Shown piece by piece: positions 38,800 through 48,504 of a DNA stretch of 64,000 bases. Under the pieces are notes generated by a model. That model did no database searches. It had not been told where the DNA came from and saw only the letters and a program-made list of their open reading frames with translations. The stretch is from an uncultured bacterium (GTDB lineage Bacteria; Abyssobacteria; SURF-5), in NCBI GenBank assembly GCA_964607485.1, contig CAZSKP010000006.1:97157-161156 (forward strand), given 5' to 3'. Position numbers and translations under genes: made by a program. Position 1 is the stretch's first letter. Every line of letters begins with the position of its first letter.

Positions 38800-39516
38800 G
38801 TGCGCCGAACTGCTCGGCCACGCGACAGGCTTTCGACAGGATTTTCGGTGTGTGCTGATGTGGCTTCCCGCAAGCCCCGCCCTTCTTTGGAGTTATACGT
38901 AATCATCGACGAAGGCCTCCTCTCTTCGCGGAACATTCGAGAGGTATCCGAACAGGCGATCCGGGGAGGCGCCGACGCAATCCAGTTTCGCGCGAAACGG
39001 CTTTCCAAGCGCGAATACTACGAAAACGCTCTCACCTTACTTCCCATCGCTCGACGATTTAACATTCCTTTCTTCGTGAACGACCACCTCGACATCGCGC
39101 TCGCCATTTCTGCCGACGGGATACATCTCGGACAGAACGACCTCCCGTGCAGTGCGGCGCGCCGGCTTGTGCCCGAAAGGATGATGCTGGGCGTCTCCAC
39201 TCATTCCGTGGAACAGGCCGCCAGGGCTGTCGATGACGGCGCGGACTGTGTCGCCATCGGCCCCGTCTTTCGAACGACCACCAAGGAGAATCCGGAGGCC
39301 ATTGTCGGAACGGAAATGGTCGGCACAGTCAAGCGCCGCGTGGGCGCTGTTCCGCTGGTCGCCATCGGAGGCATCAGCACCGGCAACGTGGCCGAGGTGA
39401 TTCGCTCGGGCGCAGACGGCGTGGCGGTGGCTTCAGCCGTCATTCTGGCGGCTGATCCGCTGTTGGCGGCTCGAACGTTGAAAGATCGGATCCGGTCCCA
39501 CCTTCGACTGCGTTGA
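38800..39516 (+). CDS. thiE: Thiamine phosphate synthase
   Basis: QFR.K, NDHLDIA, GIHLGQND, GVSTHS, GPVF.TTTK and VAIGGI. Start uncertain (GTG at 38800 or 38860). Confidence 0.88.
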   Translation: MRRTARPRDRLSTGFSVCADVASRKPRPSLELYVIIDEGLLSSRNIREVSEQAIRGGADAIQFRAKRLSKREYYENALTLLPIARRFNIPFFVNDHLDIALAISADGIHLGQNDLPCSAARRLVPERMMLGVSTHSVEQAARAVDDGADCVAIGPVFRTTTKENPEAIVGTEMVGTVKRRVGAVPLVAIGGISTGNVAEVIRSGADGVAVASAVILAADPLLAARTLKDRIRSHLRLR

Positions 39517-39698
39517 ACGCAGGACCTTCCTCAGGTTCGCTGAAGCTCATTCATCGCGAGCGTGTTCCGTCAAGGCGATTCGGAAGCGAGTGGGGCAGGG
39601 GAGTTACTTTTTTTCTTGTTGCAATAGGAACATGCCATGCAGTATCGTGTTAGGGCAATTCGCAGCATCGAAACAAGAGTGGAACCGGAGAAGCTCAT

Positions 39699-40985
39699 AT
39701 GAATGAGATACAAGGGCGACGGACGTTCTACGGCTGGTGGATTGTAGCCGCCAGTTCGGTCATCATCTTTCTCGGCACGGGAATACTGTTCTATTCGTTT
39801 AGCGTCTTCGTAAAGCCGCTCCAGGCACAGTTTGGGTGGAGCCGGACCGCGATTTCGGGAGCCGTCGCCGTATGGGCCGTAGTGTACGGGTTCGGCGGGC
39901 CGCTGGTCGGCGTTCTTCTGCACAAATACGGAGCAAGGCCGGTGCTCATCGGTTCGGCCATTCTCGCTGGAACGAGCTATCTGCTGTTCGGTTCGCTCCA
40001 GGAGCTGCCACAACTTTTCGGGCTGATGTTCTTTGGCGGCGTCGGGGCGGCGGGTGTCACGCTGATCCCGAATCAGACGCTCATCTCGAACTGGTTCGAC
40101 AAGTATCGTGGCCGCGCCATGGGATTCATGATGGCGAGCATCGGGCTCGGGGGATTGACGATGCCGCCGTTCGCGAACGCGCTCATCGTCTGGTTCGGCT
40201 GGAGAACGGCGTTCCGCGTGCTCGGTCTCGTGCTGCTTGCCGCAATTATTCCGGTCGCGTTGCTGATGGTACGAACGAGGCCGTCGGACTTGGGGCTTGA
40301 GCCCGACGGCATCGGGCCCGGAGCCGAAGATGAAACCGCGCCGGACACCTTCCAGAAAACGGGCGGCTTGGGGCTTCCGGTGAAACGCGCGCTCAACACT
40401 TCCTCGTTCTGGCTGCTGTTTGCCGCGTTCGTGCTCTTGATTTTCGGCGAATCGGGGCTTACTGTCCATTTCGTTGCCTTTCTCGACGATGAAGGGTTGT
40501 CGTCTCAGGCGGCCGCGAACTTTTGGGGATTGGCCGTGGGCGTCAGCGCTGCCGGACGCCTGCTTTTCGGGTTCTTGGCCGACCGGCGGAATCCGAGAAA
40601 CCTGATAACGCTGACGCACGGCCTGCATGCGGTGGCCATCGCGGCCATTCTGATTCTCTTCCTGTATCTGGGCATTGCTCCCATGGGCAGCGTGCTGCCG
40701 TTCTCGGTGATCTACGGACTCTCACTCGGCGGTTCTGCCGTGCTGCTGCCGGTGCTCGTCGCGCGCTGTTTCGGATTGCTGAACTTCAGCAAGTTGCTCG
40801 GATTGTTGATGAGCGGATTCGCACTCGGCGTTGTCGGCGGCCCACTCATGGCGGGACGTGTGTTTGATGCCACCGGAAGCTATCAGAATGCACTCGCGAT
40901 TTTCTTGGTCGGCTTCGTCCTTGCCGCCCTCGCCGTCTCCTTCGTTCAGCCCGACGAGTACAAGGACGAATTCGTTCGTTCGTGA
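39699..40985 (+). CDS. MFS transporter (OFA/MCT-like)
   Basis: 12 TMs; FYGW.IV, FGWSR, WFDK.RG.A and GRVFDATGSY. Confidence 0.9.
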   Translation: MNEIQGRRTFYGWWIVAASSVIIFLGTGILFYSFSVFVKPLQAQFGWSRTAISGAVAVWAVVYGFGGPLVGVLLHKYGARPVLIGSAILAGTSYLLFGSLQELPQLFGLMFFGGVGAAGVTLIPNQTLISNWFDKYRGRAMGFMMASIGLGGLTMPPFANALIVWFGWRTAFRVLGLVLLAAIIPVALLMVRTRPSDLGLEPDGIGPGAEDETAPDTFQKTGGLGLPVKRALNTSSFWLLFAAFVLLIFGESGLTVHFVAFLDDEGLSSQAAANFWGLAVGVSAAGRLLFGFLADRRNPRNLITLTHGLHAVAIAAILILFLYLGIAPMGSVLPFSVIYGLSLGGSAVLLPVLVARCFGLLNFSKLLGLLMSGFALGVVGGPLMAGRVFDATGSYQNALAIFLVGFVLAALAVSFVQPDEYKDEFVRS

Positions 40986-41021
40986 AAGCGCCGGCGTTTC
41001 CCAACGCGAAAGGCGAATGCA

Positions 41022-41417
41022 ATGAATAAAAAGACTCAAGCTGCACAGCAGACAGGTTCTCAAGAAAGCCGAGAGGAGTCTAAGGGAACCGTTATCTTTA
41101 TCCGCTCCGACCGCATCGGGAGGGGAGACGAAGAGCTGGGCTTCAACCTGATGATGAATTTTACGTATCACCTGGGCGAGGTCAAGCCTGCGCCGAACGT
41201 TGTGGTCATGATGAACTCCGGCGTCAAGCTTGTGGTCGAGGGCTCGGAGGTTCTTGAAAATCTGGAGCGGCTCGAAAAGAAGGGAGTGACTATTCTCGCC
41301 TGTGGCACCTGTCTGGATTTCTTCAAGCTCAAGGAGCGTCAGAGGGTGGGAAAGGTCTCGAATATGGCCGAGATCACGGGCGCGCTGCTGAATGCCTCGA
41401 AGGTAATCACCGTCTAG
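41022..41417 (+). CDS. YedF-like/DsrE-family sulfur-relay protein
   Basis: G.GDEELG..LM, MNSGVKL, ACGTCLDFF and GKVSNM. No SirA N-terminal domain. Confidence 0.8.
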   Translation: MNKKTQAAQQTGSQESREESKGTVIFIRSDRIGRGDEELGFNLMMNFTYHLGEVKPAPNVVVMMNSGVKLVVEGSEVLENLERLEKKGVTILACGTCLDFFKLKERQRVGKVSNMAEITGALLNASKVITV

Positions 41418-41466
41418 CCGCTCGATTCGGAAGCTCTGGAGACAGGTAGAAAGCTGATTGCCGAAG

Positions 41467-41892
41467 TCAGAGCAGGCTCGTTCGATTGCGCCAGAGGTAG
41501 ATGATTGTCGTCGGCCCGAGGATTAAGCAGACGCCGCAGATGAATAGGGATTCTGCGCTTGCGGCCGAGAGTTCCGTGAAAGTCCCCTGCTGCAGCGAAT
41601 ACAGCGTGTCCATCAGGCCCAGAAAGATTATCGCGCTTCCCGCCATCAGGCCGAACAACAATCCCCACGAACGTCCCCGGATGAGTCCCACCGCACAGAC
41701 AAGACAGCACACGACCATGTAACCGTCGGCCAAGGGAAAAGACTTCTCGTGCGCCAGATAGCCCGGCTCGCCGGACATGGCCACCATCCCTGATGTGAAG
41801 AACTCGACCCAGAACGCCACGGTGCCCAAAGCGAACAGCGTCAGAATAATTGCCAATACCAGGAACCCCTTCGGATGTGCGGGCGCAGTCAT
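41467..41892 (-). CDS. Hypothetical 4-TM membrane protein
   Basis: Four hydrophobic segments and an HEKSFPLAD loop. SD GGAGG precedes the ATG at 41892. Confidence 0.7.
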   Translation of the reverse strand: MTAPAHPKGFLVLAIILTLFALGTVAFWVEFFTSGMVAMSGEPGYLAHEKSFPLADGYMVVCCLVCAVGLIRGRSWGLLFGLMAGSAIIFLGLMDTLYSLQQGTFTELSAASAESLFICGVCLILGPTTIIYLWRNRTSLL

Positions 41893-41964
41893 TGTCTCAG
41901 AACCTCCGCGTTGTGGGACATCTACCAGTGCTCTGTCAACTTTCTTAGCTGTCAATTCATTCTC

Positions 41965-41992
41965 GTAGGGGCGCACGGCCGTGCGCCCCCAC
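41965..41992. repeat. REP-like palindrome (GTAG-type)
   Basis: GTAGGGGCGCACGGCCGTGCGCCCCCAC; the 22-nt core (41968-41989) is a perfect palindrome. Confidence 0.75.
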
Positions 41993-42016
41993 GCCTGATT
42001 CTGCATTGGAAGCCCG

Positions 42017-42841
42017 TTAGAGTCCCCTCTGCTTTCTCACCTTATCAACTGTTCCGTCGAGGAACTTGTCGACCAATGACGGCGCGAACCTGTTCGCAAT
42101 CCTCAACATCTTTCCGGAAAAGCTGGGGATGATGATGAATGAGCCTTTCTCCATGCCGTCCATCGCGGCGCGTGCGACGTCCTCGGGCTGCATGACTTTC
42201 GCTCCCTCGGAAATCTTCATGGTCTCAAGAGGCTTCACTTTGTTCTCTCTCTCCAGCATTGGGGTGTCCACGTCGGGCGGGCACAGCACGGAAACCTTCA
42301 CGCCGTACGGGCGAAGCTCGCTCCGCAGGGCTTCGGAGAACCCGATGACAGCGAACTTCGAGCCGCAGTAGCTCGTGTATCCGAAGATGCCCTTGAGACC
42401 GGCAATGCTCGAGACGTTCAATATCCAGCCGCGCCGTCTCTTCATCATTCCGTCCACGACCTGCTTGACCGTGTACATGGTCCCCATGTAGTTGATTCTT
42501 ATCTCGGCTTCCATCCCCTGAATAGGAAGCTTCTCCACGTAGCCGGGATTCGATACCCCGGCCGAGTTGACGAGAACCTCCGTCGGCCCGCACTCTGCCT
42601 CCGCCGCCTTCACCGCTTCCGTCACGGCGGCCAGGTCCGAGACGTCCGCGCTGAAGGAGCCAAACCGTTGCGACGCGCCGACGGCCTCTTTCTTCATGTC
42701 GGCAACCGCGTCCTTCAGGAGGTCGTCCCTCCGCGCTATCAGAAATATGTTCGCGCCCCGCCGCGCGAGCAGCTTCGCGATAGCTTTTCCGATTCCACTC
42801 GACCCGCCTGTCACAATCGCGCTTTTTCCATTAAGGTCCAT
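42017..42841 (-). CDS. Short-chain dehydrogenase, 3-ketodihydrosphingosine reductase (KDSR)-like
   Basis: TGGSSGIG, NSAG, SS.AG, YCGSK and PPDVDTPMLERENKVKPLET. Confidence 0.8.
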   Translation of the reverse strand: MDLNGKSAIVTGGSSGIGKAIAKLLARRGANIFLIARRDDLLKDAVADMKKEAVGASQRFGSFSADVSDLAAVTEAVKAAEAECGPTEVLVNSAGVSNPGYVEKLPIQGMEAEIRINYMGTMYTVKQVVDGMMKRRRGWILNVSSIAGLKGIFGYTSYCGSKFAVIGFSEALRSELRPYGVKVSVLCPPDVDTPMLERENKVKPLETMKISEGAKVMQPEDVARAAMDGMEKGSFIIIPSFSGKMLRIANRFAPSLVDKFLDGTVDKVRKQRGL

Positions 42842-42858
42842 TATCCCGCTCCGCTCTT

Positions 42859-42929
42859 GCGATGGGGACTGTCCCAAGAATTACGGCCCGAGCTTGTCGA
42901 GGGCGTAGATTCGGGACTGTCCCCATCGC
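42859..42929. repeat. Composite REP-like inverted repeat
   Basis: GCGATGGGGACTGTCCC (42859-42875) and GGGACTGTCCCCATCGC (42913-42929) are inverted copies with 1 mismatch, flanking GCCCGAGCTTGTCGAGGGC. Confidence 0.7.
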
Positions 42930-43050
42930 GGGCCACTTATCAAACAGATTTCCTGTCCGTTACAGCGGAAATGATAACAGCCCGTCCGAGGCCGTGTCAA
43001 TTCGCTGCCAATCTTGCGTGGGGGCAAGAAATCTTGCGTGCGGCGCTTTC

Positions 43051-43079
43051 TTGAACGCGGTATCGTATCGTGGTATAAT
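43051..43079 (+). promoter_or_regulatory. Sigma70 promoter (TTGAAC-N17-TATAAT, extended -10), probably leaderless, for the tlyA operon
   Basis: The -10 ends 8 nt before the ATG at 43088. Confidence 0.65.
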
Positions 43080-43087
43080 CCGACGAG

Positions 43088-43894
43088 ATGAAGAGCGGTA
43101 GCCGGGACCGTTCGGCGCGAGCGAGTTCCGGCAAAAAGGACAGGCTCGACAAGGTGCTTGTCGAGTTGAATTTGGCTCCCACCCGCGCAAGTGCGAGGGC
43201 GCTCATATTGGCGGGTCGCGTGAAGGTCGAGTCGCAGGTTGTCGACAAGGCCGGCGCGCTCGTCAAACCCGGTAGCAATATCGAGGTGGCCGAGGGCGGC
43301 GAGTTTGCGAGTCGCGGCGGAGAGAAGCTGCAGCATGCGCTCGAGCATTTTCGGCCCAAAATCGAGGGCATAGTTGCTCTCGATGTCGGAGCTTCGACCG
43401 GCGGCTTCACCGATTGCCTGCTCAAGCGCGGCGCCCGAAAGGTCTATGCCGTCGATGTCGGCTACGGTCAACTGGCGTGGCGGTTGCGCGACGACCCGCG
43501 GGTCGTCGTCATCGACCGGACGAACGCGCGCGCGCTGAAGCCGGAAATGTTCGACGAACGGCCCGAACTCGCGGTTATCGACGTTGCTTTCATCTCGCTC
43601 ACGCTCGTGCTCGGGCCGGTGGCCGATGTCCTTGTCGACGAGGGCGAAATCGTCGCGCTCATAAAACCGCAGTTCGAGGCCGGCCGCGAAAAAGTGGGCA
43701 AGGGGGGCGTGGTTCGCGACGCCGCCGTCCACGCGCAGGTGATTGAAAAGGTTGGGGATTTCGCGCAGGGTATTGGGCTCGATTCGAAGGGAACGGTCGA
43801 GTCTCCACTTCTGGGTCCCGCAGGCAACAAAGAGTTTTTCATCTATCTTTCGAAGTCGGGTCGCAGCGGAAACTATATGACAGGAGCGGGGTAA
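43088..43894 (+). CDS. tlyA: TlyA family rRNA methyltransferase
   Basis: S4 domain RLD.VLV, SRGGEKL, DVGASTGGFTD, DVGYGQL, LIKPQFE and SP..G..GN.EF. Confidence 0.93.
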   Translation: MKSGSRDRSARASSGKKDRLDKVLVELNLAPTRASARALILAGRVKVESQVVDKAGALVKPGSNIEVAEGGEFASRGGEKLQHALEHFRPKIEGIVALDVGASTGGFTDCLLKRGARKVYAVDVGYGQLAWRLRDDPRVVVIDRTNARALKPEMFDERPELAVIDVAFISLTLVLGPVADVLVDEGEIVALIKPQFEAGREKVGKGGVVRDAAVHAQVIEKVGDFAQGIGLDSKGTVESPLLGPAGNKEFFIYLSKSGRSGNYMTGAG

Positions 43895-44433
43895 TGTCAT
43901 TGCTGAGATGTCCAAAATGCAGGGAGATTCTGGAGCAGCGCGAGGCTGCCGGCCACTACGGGGCCAAGCTCTCCCTGTTCCAGTGTCCCGAGTGTTCCGG
44001 CATATGGGTCGACAAAGACGCCGTGTTTGCCGTGAGTCGCGACTCGGCTCTTGACCTGGAGTCGGACGTGGACTTGGATGATATCGTGACCGAGCCGCGC
44101 GAGGCTGCGGAATTCTGTCCGCGCTGCGGGGTTTACCTGACGGAGCAGACCGGCGGCGGACTGCCCAAGGGACTGCGCCTCGACTACTGTAACAATTGCC
44201 ACGGGTTCTGGTTCGACAAGGGCGAACTGATGATATACAAGAGTTATCTCGAGGAGAAACGGAAAAAGTTCAGCCAGAGCGAGGCCGAGAAAAGGGAACG
44301 GATGGAGCGTCGCCAACGCGCGCTTCGCGAGGTGGAGTTTACAAAGCAGGAGTCCGGCAACAGTCTTGCCCATTGGGCGGCCTGGTCGGTCGGCGGCACT
44401 GTGGCAAGGGCTCTGATCAGATTATTAAGGTGA
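43894..44433 (+). CDS. Double zinc-ribbon (zf-TFIIB-like) protein
   Basis: Two CP.C...C..C.G.W.D modules (CPECSGIWVD, CNNCHGFWFDKGEL) plus a coiled coil. Confidence 0.8.
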   Translation: MSLLRCPKCREILEQREAAGHYGAKLSLFQCPECSGIWVDKDAVFAVSRDSALDLESDVDLDDIVTEPREAAEFCPRCGVYLTEQTGGGLPKGLRLDYCNNCHGFWFDKGELMIYKSYLEEKRKKFSQSEAEKRERMERRQRALREVEFTKQESGNSLAHWAAWSVGGTVARALIRLLR

Positions 44434-45317
44434 TGGCAAGAGAAGCGAAATCCGCGATAAAGACGATAGGGATAATAGTCAACCCGAGCAAGCCCGCCGC
44501 TTTCTCGCTCATAAAGCGGGTCGTGGCGTGGCTCGAGGATAGAGGGATACGGGTGCTCGTGGATTCGGCCGTCCGCGACGCCATGGACTCGCCTGCAGAG
44601 TCGAGCCCTGCGGGCGACATGCCCGGCCTCGTCGATTTGATAGTCGTCTTCGGGGGCGACGGCACCATGTTGAGCGTCGCGCACCAGTTGAACGGCGCAT
44701 CAACTCCCCTGATGGGGGTCAAGGTGGGCGGGCTGGGGTTCCTCACCGAAGTGACCGAGGACGAGGTGCTCACCACGCTCGAGGAAGCGCTGGCAGGAAG
44801 GCAGCGAATAGAGCAAAGAATGATGCTGAGTTGCTCGGCCACTCACTCCGACGGCAGAACACACCGCGAACAGGTGGCGCTGAACGACGTGGTCATACAG
44901 CGGGACTCGCTTGAGCGCATGCTCACGCTCGAGACATATGTCGATGACGAGTTTCTCGCGTCCTATGCGTGCGACGGTTTGATTATTTCGACGCCCACCG
45001 GTTCGACTGCTCATTCGCTCTCGGCGGGAGGCCCGATAATCTATCCCGAGGCCGAGGCGATAGTGGTCACGCCGATATGTCCCCACATGCTCACAAACCG
45101 GCCGCTCGTTCTCTCGTCGGGCCAGGTTGTAAAGGCGGTTGTGGCATCCGAGCAGGCATCGCCGGGACTGATGATAGACGGTCAGATAGCCGTCGAGCTT
45201 CATCAGGGAGACCAGGTAGTCGTGAGGAAATCGCCCTTTTCCGTCCGACTCGCGGCTTCCTCGAACAAAAGCTATTTCGAAGTTTTGCGCACCAAGCTCA
45301 ACTGGGGACGCAGGTAG
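44433..45317 (+). CDS. nadK: NAD kinase
   Basis: GGDGT, G.LGFL, LNDVV and DGLIISTPTGSTAHSLSAGGP. ATG at 44433. Confidence 0.95.
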   Translation: MAREAKSAIKTIGIIVNPSKPAAFSLIKRVVAWLEDRGIRVLVDSAVRDAMDSPAESSPAGDMPGLVDLIVVFGGDGTMLSVAHQLNGASTPLMGVKVGGLGFLTEVTEDEVLTTLEEALAGRQRIEQRMMLSCSATHSDGRTHREQVALNDVVIQRDSLERMLTLETYVDDEFLASYACDGLIISTPTGSTAHSLSAGGPIIYPEAEAIVVTPICPHMLTNRPLVLSSGQVVKAVVASEQASPGLMIDGQIAVELHQGDQVVVRKSPFSVRLAASSNKSYFEVLRTKLNWGRR

Positions 45318-45319
45318 TC

Positions 45320-47044
45320 ATGCTTGAGACACTGCACATCCGGAACTTCGCCCTGATAGACGACCTCGTCATTCCCTGGAAGGCGGGTCTGAACGTGCTC
45401 ACGGGCGAGACGGGCGTGGGCAAGTCGATAATAGTCGATGCCGTCAGCCTCCTCTTGGGAGAGAGAGCCGCCGGCACGTTCATCAGGCAGGGCGCGGCTT
45501 CCGCCGACCTTGAGGCGCTGTTCGACATCAGCGGTTGTTCACAGGTGAAAGAACTACTGGATTCGATGGAGCTGGACAGCTCGCAGGATGAACTTCTCCT
45601 CAGGCGCGTCATCACCTCCGAGGGAAGGAGCAAGTGTTTCTTGAACGGGGCCGTCGTGACACTCAGCCTGCTTTCAAAGGTGGGCGATCTGCTCGTGGAC
45701 ATGCACGGTCAGCACGAGCACCAGTCGCTGATGAATCCCGGCAAGCACCTTACCCTTCTCGACGAATTCGCAGGACTGGGGGCGGACGCAGCCTTCATAC
45801 GCCAGGGTTACCAGGAACTGAAGCAACGCATGTCGGTCCTCGAACGCTTGATTGCCAGGGAGGCGTCCCGCAACCAGCGCGTGGCCGAATTGGAGGAGGA
45901 GCTGGACCTGCTGGATAAGGCCGACCTCAAGGAGGGCGAGGACGAAGAGATAGGGACGCGCCGGAACGTCATCGCCAATTCGGAGAAGATTCACCGGCTC
46001 GCTTCCGAGGCGTACGACATGTTGTCCGGAGGGGAGATGCACCCGCAGCCTCTGATGCAGACGTGGAACGACATCGTGCACGCGCTGAAGGAGATAGCCG
46101 AAATCGACCGCAGCCTGGAGGAATCCATCGCAGGGTACGACGAGCTTCGGTTCAAGTTTGCCGACCTCGCCGACATGCTCGAATCGTATATATCCCGCCT
46201 GGAATACGACCCCGCGGAGCTCGACGCCCTCGAGAAACGGCTCGCGGTGATCTCGAAGCTGAAGCGGCGGCACAACTGCGAGTCGTTGCAAGCCCTGCTG
46301 GAACTCAGGGAACGGATGCGCGAGGAATATAACACGCTCGCGGACTCGACAGGCGAAAAGGCGAGGCTGGAGCGGGATATCGAGCAGCTTCGCGAGGATG
46401 TGGGCAAGGCGGCCGTGGTCCTGTCCCAAAAGAGAAGCGAGGCGGCAAACAGGCTCGAAAAGAAGGTGCAGATACAACTGCGCGACCTTGGCATGAGCAG
46501 GGCACGGTTTGTCGTGTCGATCCGACAGGAGCAGGCGCCGGACGGGCTCGTCACGTACAAAGACAAGCACTGGAAGCTCTGGAGCACCGGCGTGGACATG
46601 GTCGAGTTCCTTTTCTCCGCCAATGTGGGCGAGTCTCCCAAGCCGCTCAAGGCAATCGCTTCCGGGGGCGAAATCTCGCGCATCATGCTCGCTATCAGAA
46701 CGATATTGGCCGAGGCCGACAAGGTGCCGGTGATCATTTTCGACGAGATAGACGTGGGCGTCGGCGCCAGCATGGGAATGCCGATAGCCGAAAAACTGTC
46801 CTCCGTTGCCTCTTCGCGTCAGGTCGTCTGCGTCACGCACCTTCCGCAGATTGCCGCGATGTCGGACAATCACGTGGTGGTGGACAAATTGGTGAAGTCG
46901 GGACGCACGCGCACCGAGGTAAGCTTTCCCACGGGGCCCGACCGCGTTCGGGAAATCGCCAGAATGCTCGGCGGCGAGGCCACCGGCGACATCTCGCTCA
47001 AACACGCGCAGAAACTGCTCGCAGCATCCCGGAAGGTCAAATGA
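45320..47044 (+). CDS. recN: DNA repair protein RecN
   Basis: LTGETGVGKS, HGQHEHQ, ASGGE, FDEID, THLPQIAA and EIARMLGG. ATG at 45320. Confidence 0.95.
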   Translation: MLETLHIRNFALIDDLVIPWKAGLNVLTGETGVGKSIIVDAVSLLLGERAAGTFIRQGAASADLEALFDISGCSQVKELLDSMELDSSQDELLLRRVITSEGRSKCFLNGAVVTLSLLSKVGDLLVDMHGQHEHQSLMNPGKHLTLLDEFAGLGADAAFIRQGYQELKQRMSVLERLIAREASRNQRVAELEEELDLLDKADLKEGEDEEIGTRRNVIANSEKIHRLASEAYDMLSGGEMHPQPLMQTWNDIVHALKEIAEIDRSLEESIAGYDELRFKFADLADMLESYISRLEYDPAELDALEKRLAVISKLKRRHNCESLQALLELRERMREEYNTLADSTGEKARLERDIEQLREDVGKAAVVLSQKRSEAANRLEKKVQIQLRDLGMSRARFVVSIRQEQAPDGLVTYKDKHWKLWSTGVDMVEFLFSANVGESPKPLKAIASGGEISRIMLAIRTILAEADKVPVIIFDEIDVGVGASMGMPIAEKLSSVASSRQVVCVTHLPQIAAMSDNHVVVDKLVKSGRTRTEVSFPTGPDRVREIARMLGGEATGDISLKHAQKLLAASRKVK

Positions 47045-48489
47045 GAGCCCTGCGGACCGCAGTTCACTCCCTGCCTCTTGCGCTCTTCTTTTTGTTCGCG
47101 TCGGGATTCCACGTCTACGCGGAAGCCGAGGGGTCGTTCGGCTTTGACATCGTCACGCTCCGGCTCCCGGGAGTCATCCTCTCGGCCGCCGCCGGCGACC
47201 TGGACGGCGACGGCAAGCCCGACCTGTGCCTGTTTCACAAGCCTGCCAAGGAATCGTATGAGAAATTCTGTTCGGTCTATTTTCAACAGGAGGGCAAGCT
47301 GGAAAACGAGCCGGGACTGCAAATCCGGCTGGGCGAGAACGTGAGCGCCGTCGAGGTTGAGGACGTCGACTCCGACGGCAGGGATGAACTGTGCGGGTTC
47401 GACGACGGCGGCATGATGCTGTTTCGGTTCGACCCCCCGTCTTCGGTCGAATCGCGCAGGGTGCTCGAACATCGGACCATATTGCCTTCCGCCAGCAGGC
47501 AATTGGCGAGCGTGAATTGGATAGCCGACGTTGACTCGGACGGACGCATGGACGTCCTGCTGCCGGTAGCCGACGGAATACGCTTGCTGGTGTCCGGGGA
47601 TGGTCTGAGATTCGTTGAATCGCGCACGTTCGAAATTCCGACGAGGGGTTCCGTACGAGGCGAGGGCGGCCAGAATTACATCAGCTACAGGCTGCCGAAG
47701 ATCGAGTTCTCGGATTTCGACAAAGATGGCCGCACCGATGTCGGCGCGTTCGACATCGAGCGGATGGATTTCTTCCTCACCGCCGGAGCGCAGGTTCCCG
47801 GCCGTCACGTGACGGCGCCGCTCGTGCGTGAGTTCACGAAGGACTTCATCGCGGCGACGGATTTTCGCGACCTCAACGCCGACGGCATCCCCGACGCCGT
47901 GCTGGTTCTCATGTCGCAGAAGAAGAATCTTCAGAGCGAGGTACAGATATATTTCGGTGATGAGAACTTCTCTTATGGAACTCAGCCGGCCCAGGTGTAC
48001 TCCGGCGACGCGCGCCTGATTCTGCCGGTGTTCTTCGATGCGACCGACGACGGAAAGATGGAAATGCTCCTTCAGGACATACACGTCGGGATCGGATTCT
48101 TCTTGAACTATTTTCTTGCCAACCGGATCAGGGTTGACACGGAACTGCGGAGGCTCTCGCCCGAGGGACGATATGAGGATAATCCGTCGGTCAGCCGCGC
48201 CATCTATATTCGGGTGAGCGAGTCGGGGACCGAACCGGCGCGCGGCGCGGGAGACTTCAACGGCGACGGCCTCGAAGACCTGGTGGTGGGCACGGCTGAA
48301 GATCGTCTTTCGTTCTTTCTCGCCGACAAGCAGACGATTCTGCCGAGGGGGCCGAGCTTTGAATTTCCGGTTCCGGCATACGGCAACATGACAACGCTGG
48401 ACCTGAACTCCGACGGACGCACCGACCTCATCATCCTCTACTCCGAGAAGGACAGGGAGGGTGTCGCGACGCTGCTCCTTTCCAAATAA
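47041..48489 (+). CDS. Secreted FG-GAP/VCBS-repeat beta-propeller protein
   Basis: Signal peptide and about 7 DxDGDGxxD calcium-binding repeats. Confidence 0.8.
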   Translation: MRALRTAVHSLPLALFFLFASGFHVYAEAEGSFGFDIVTLRLPGVILSAAAGDLDGDGKPDLCLFHKPAKESYEKFCSVYFQQEGKLENEPGLQIRLGENVSAVEVEDVDSDGRDELCGFDDGGMMLFRFDPPSSVESRRVLEHRTILPSASRQLASVNWIADVDSDGRMDVLLPVADGIRLLVSGDGLRFVESRTFEIPTRGSVRGEGGQNYISYRLPKIEFSDFDKDGRTDVGAFDIERMDFFLTAGAQVPGRHVTAPLVREFTKDFIAATDFRDLNADGIPDAVLVLMSQKKNLQSEVQIYFGDENFSYGTQPAQVYSGDARLILPVFFDATDDGKMEMLLQDIHVGIGFFLNYFLANRIRVDTELRRLSPEGRYEDNPSVSRAIYIRVSESGTEPARGAGDFNGDGLEDLVVGTAEDRLSFFLADKQTILPRGPSFEFPVPAYGNMTTLDLNSDGRTDLIILYSEKDREGVATLLLSK

Positions 48490-48504
48490 CGGCTTCGTTG
48501 TCGG

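Noticed and set aside
38760-38870. TPP riboswitch before thiE
   Set aside because: There is no room after the HU/IHF gene and no recognisable THI-box core.
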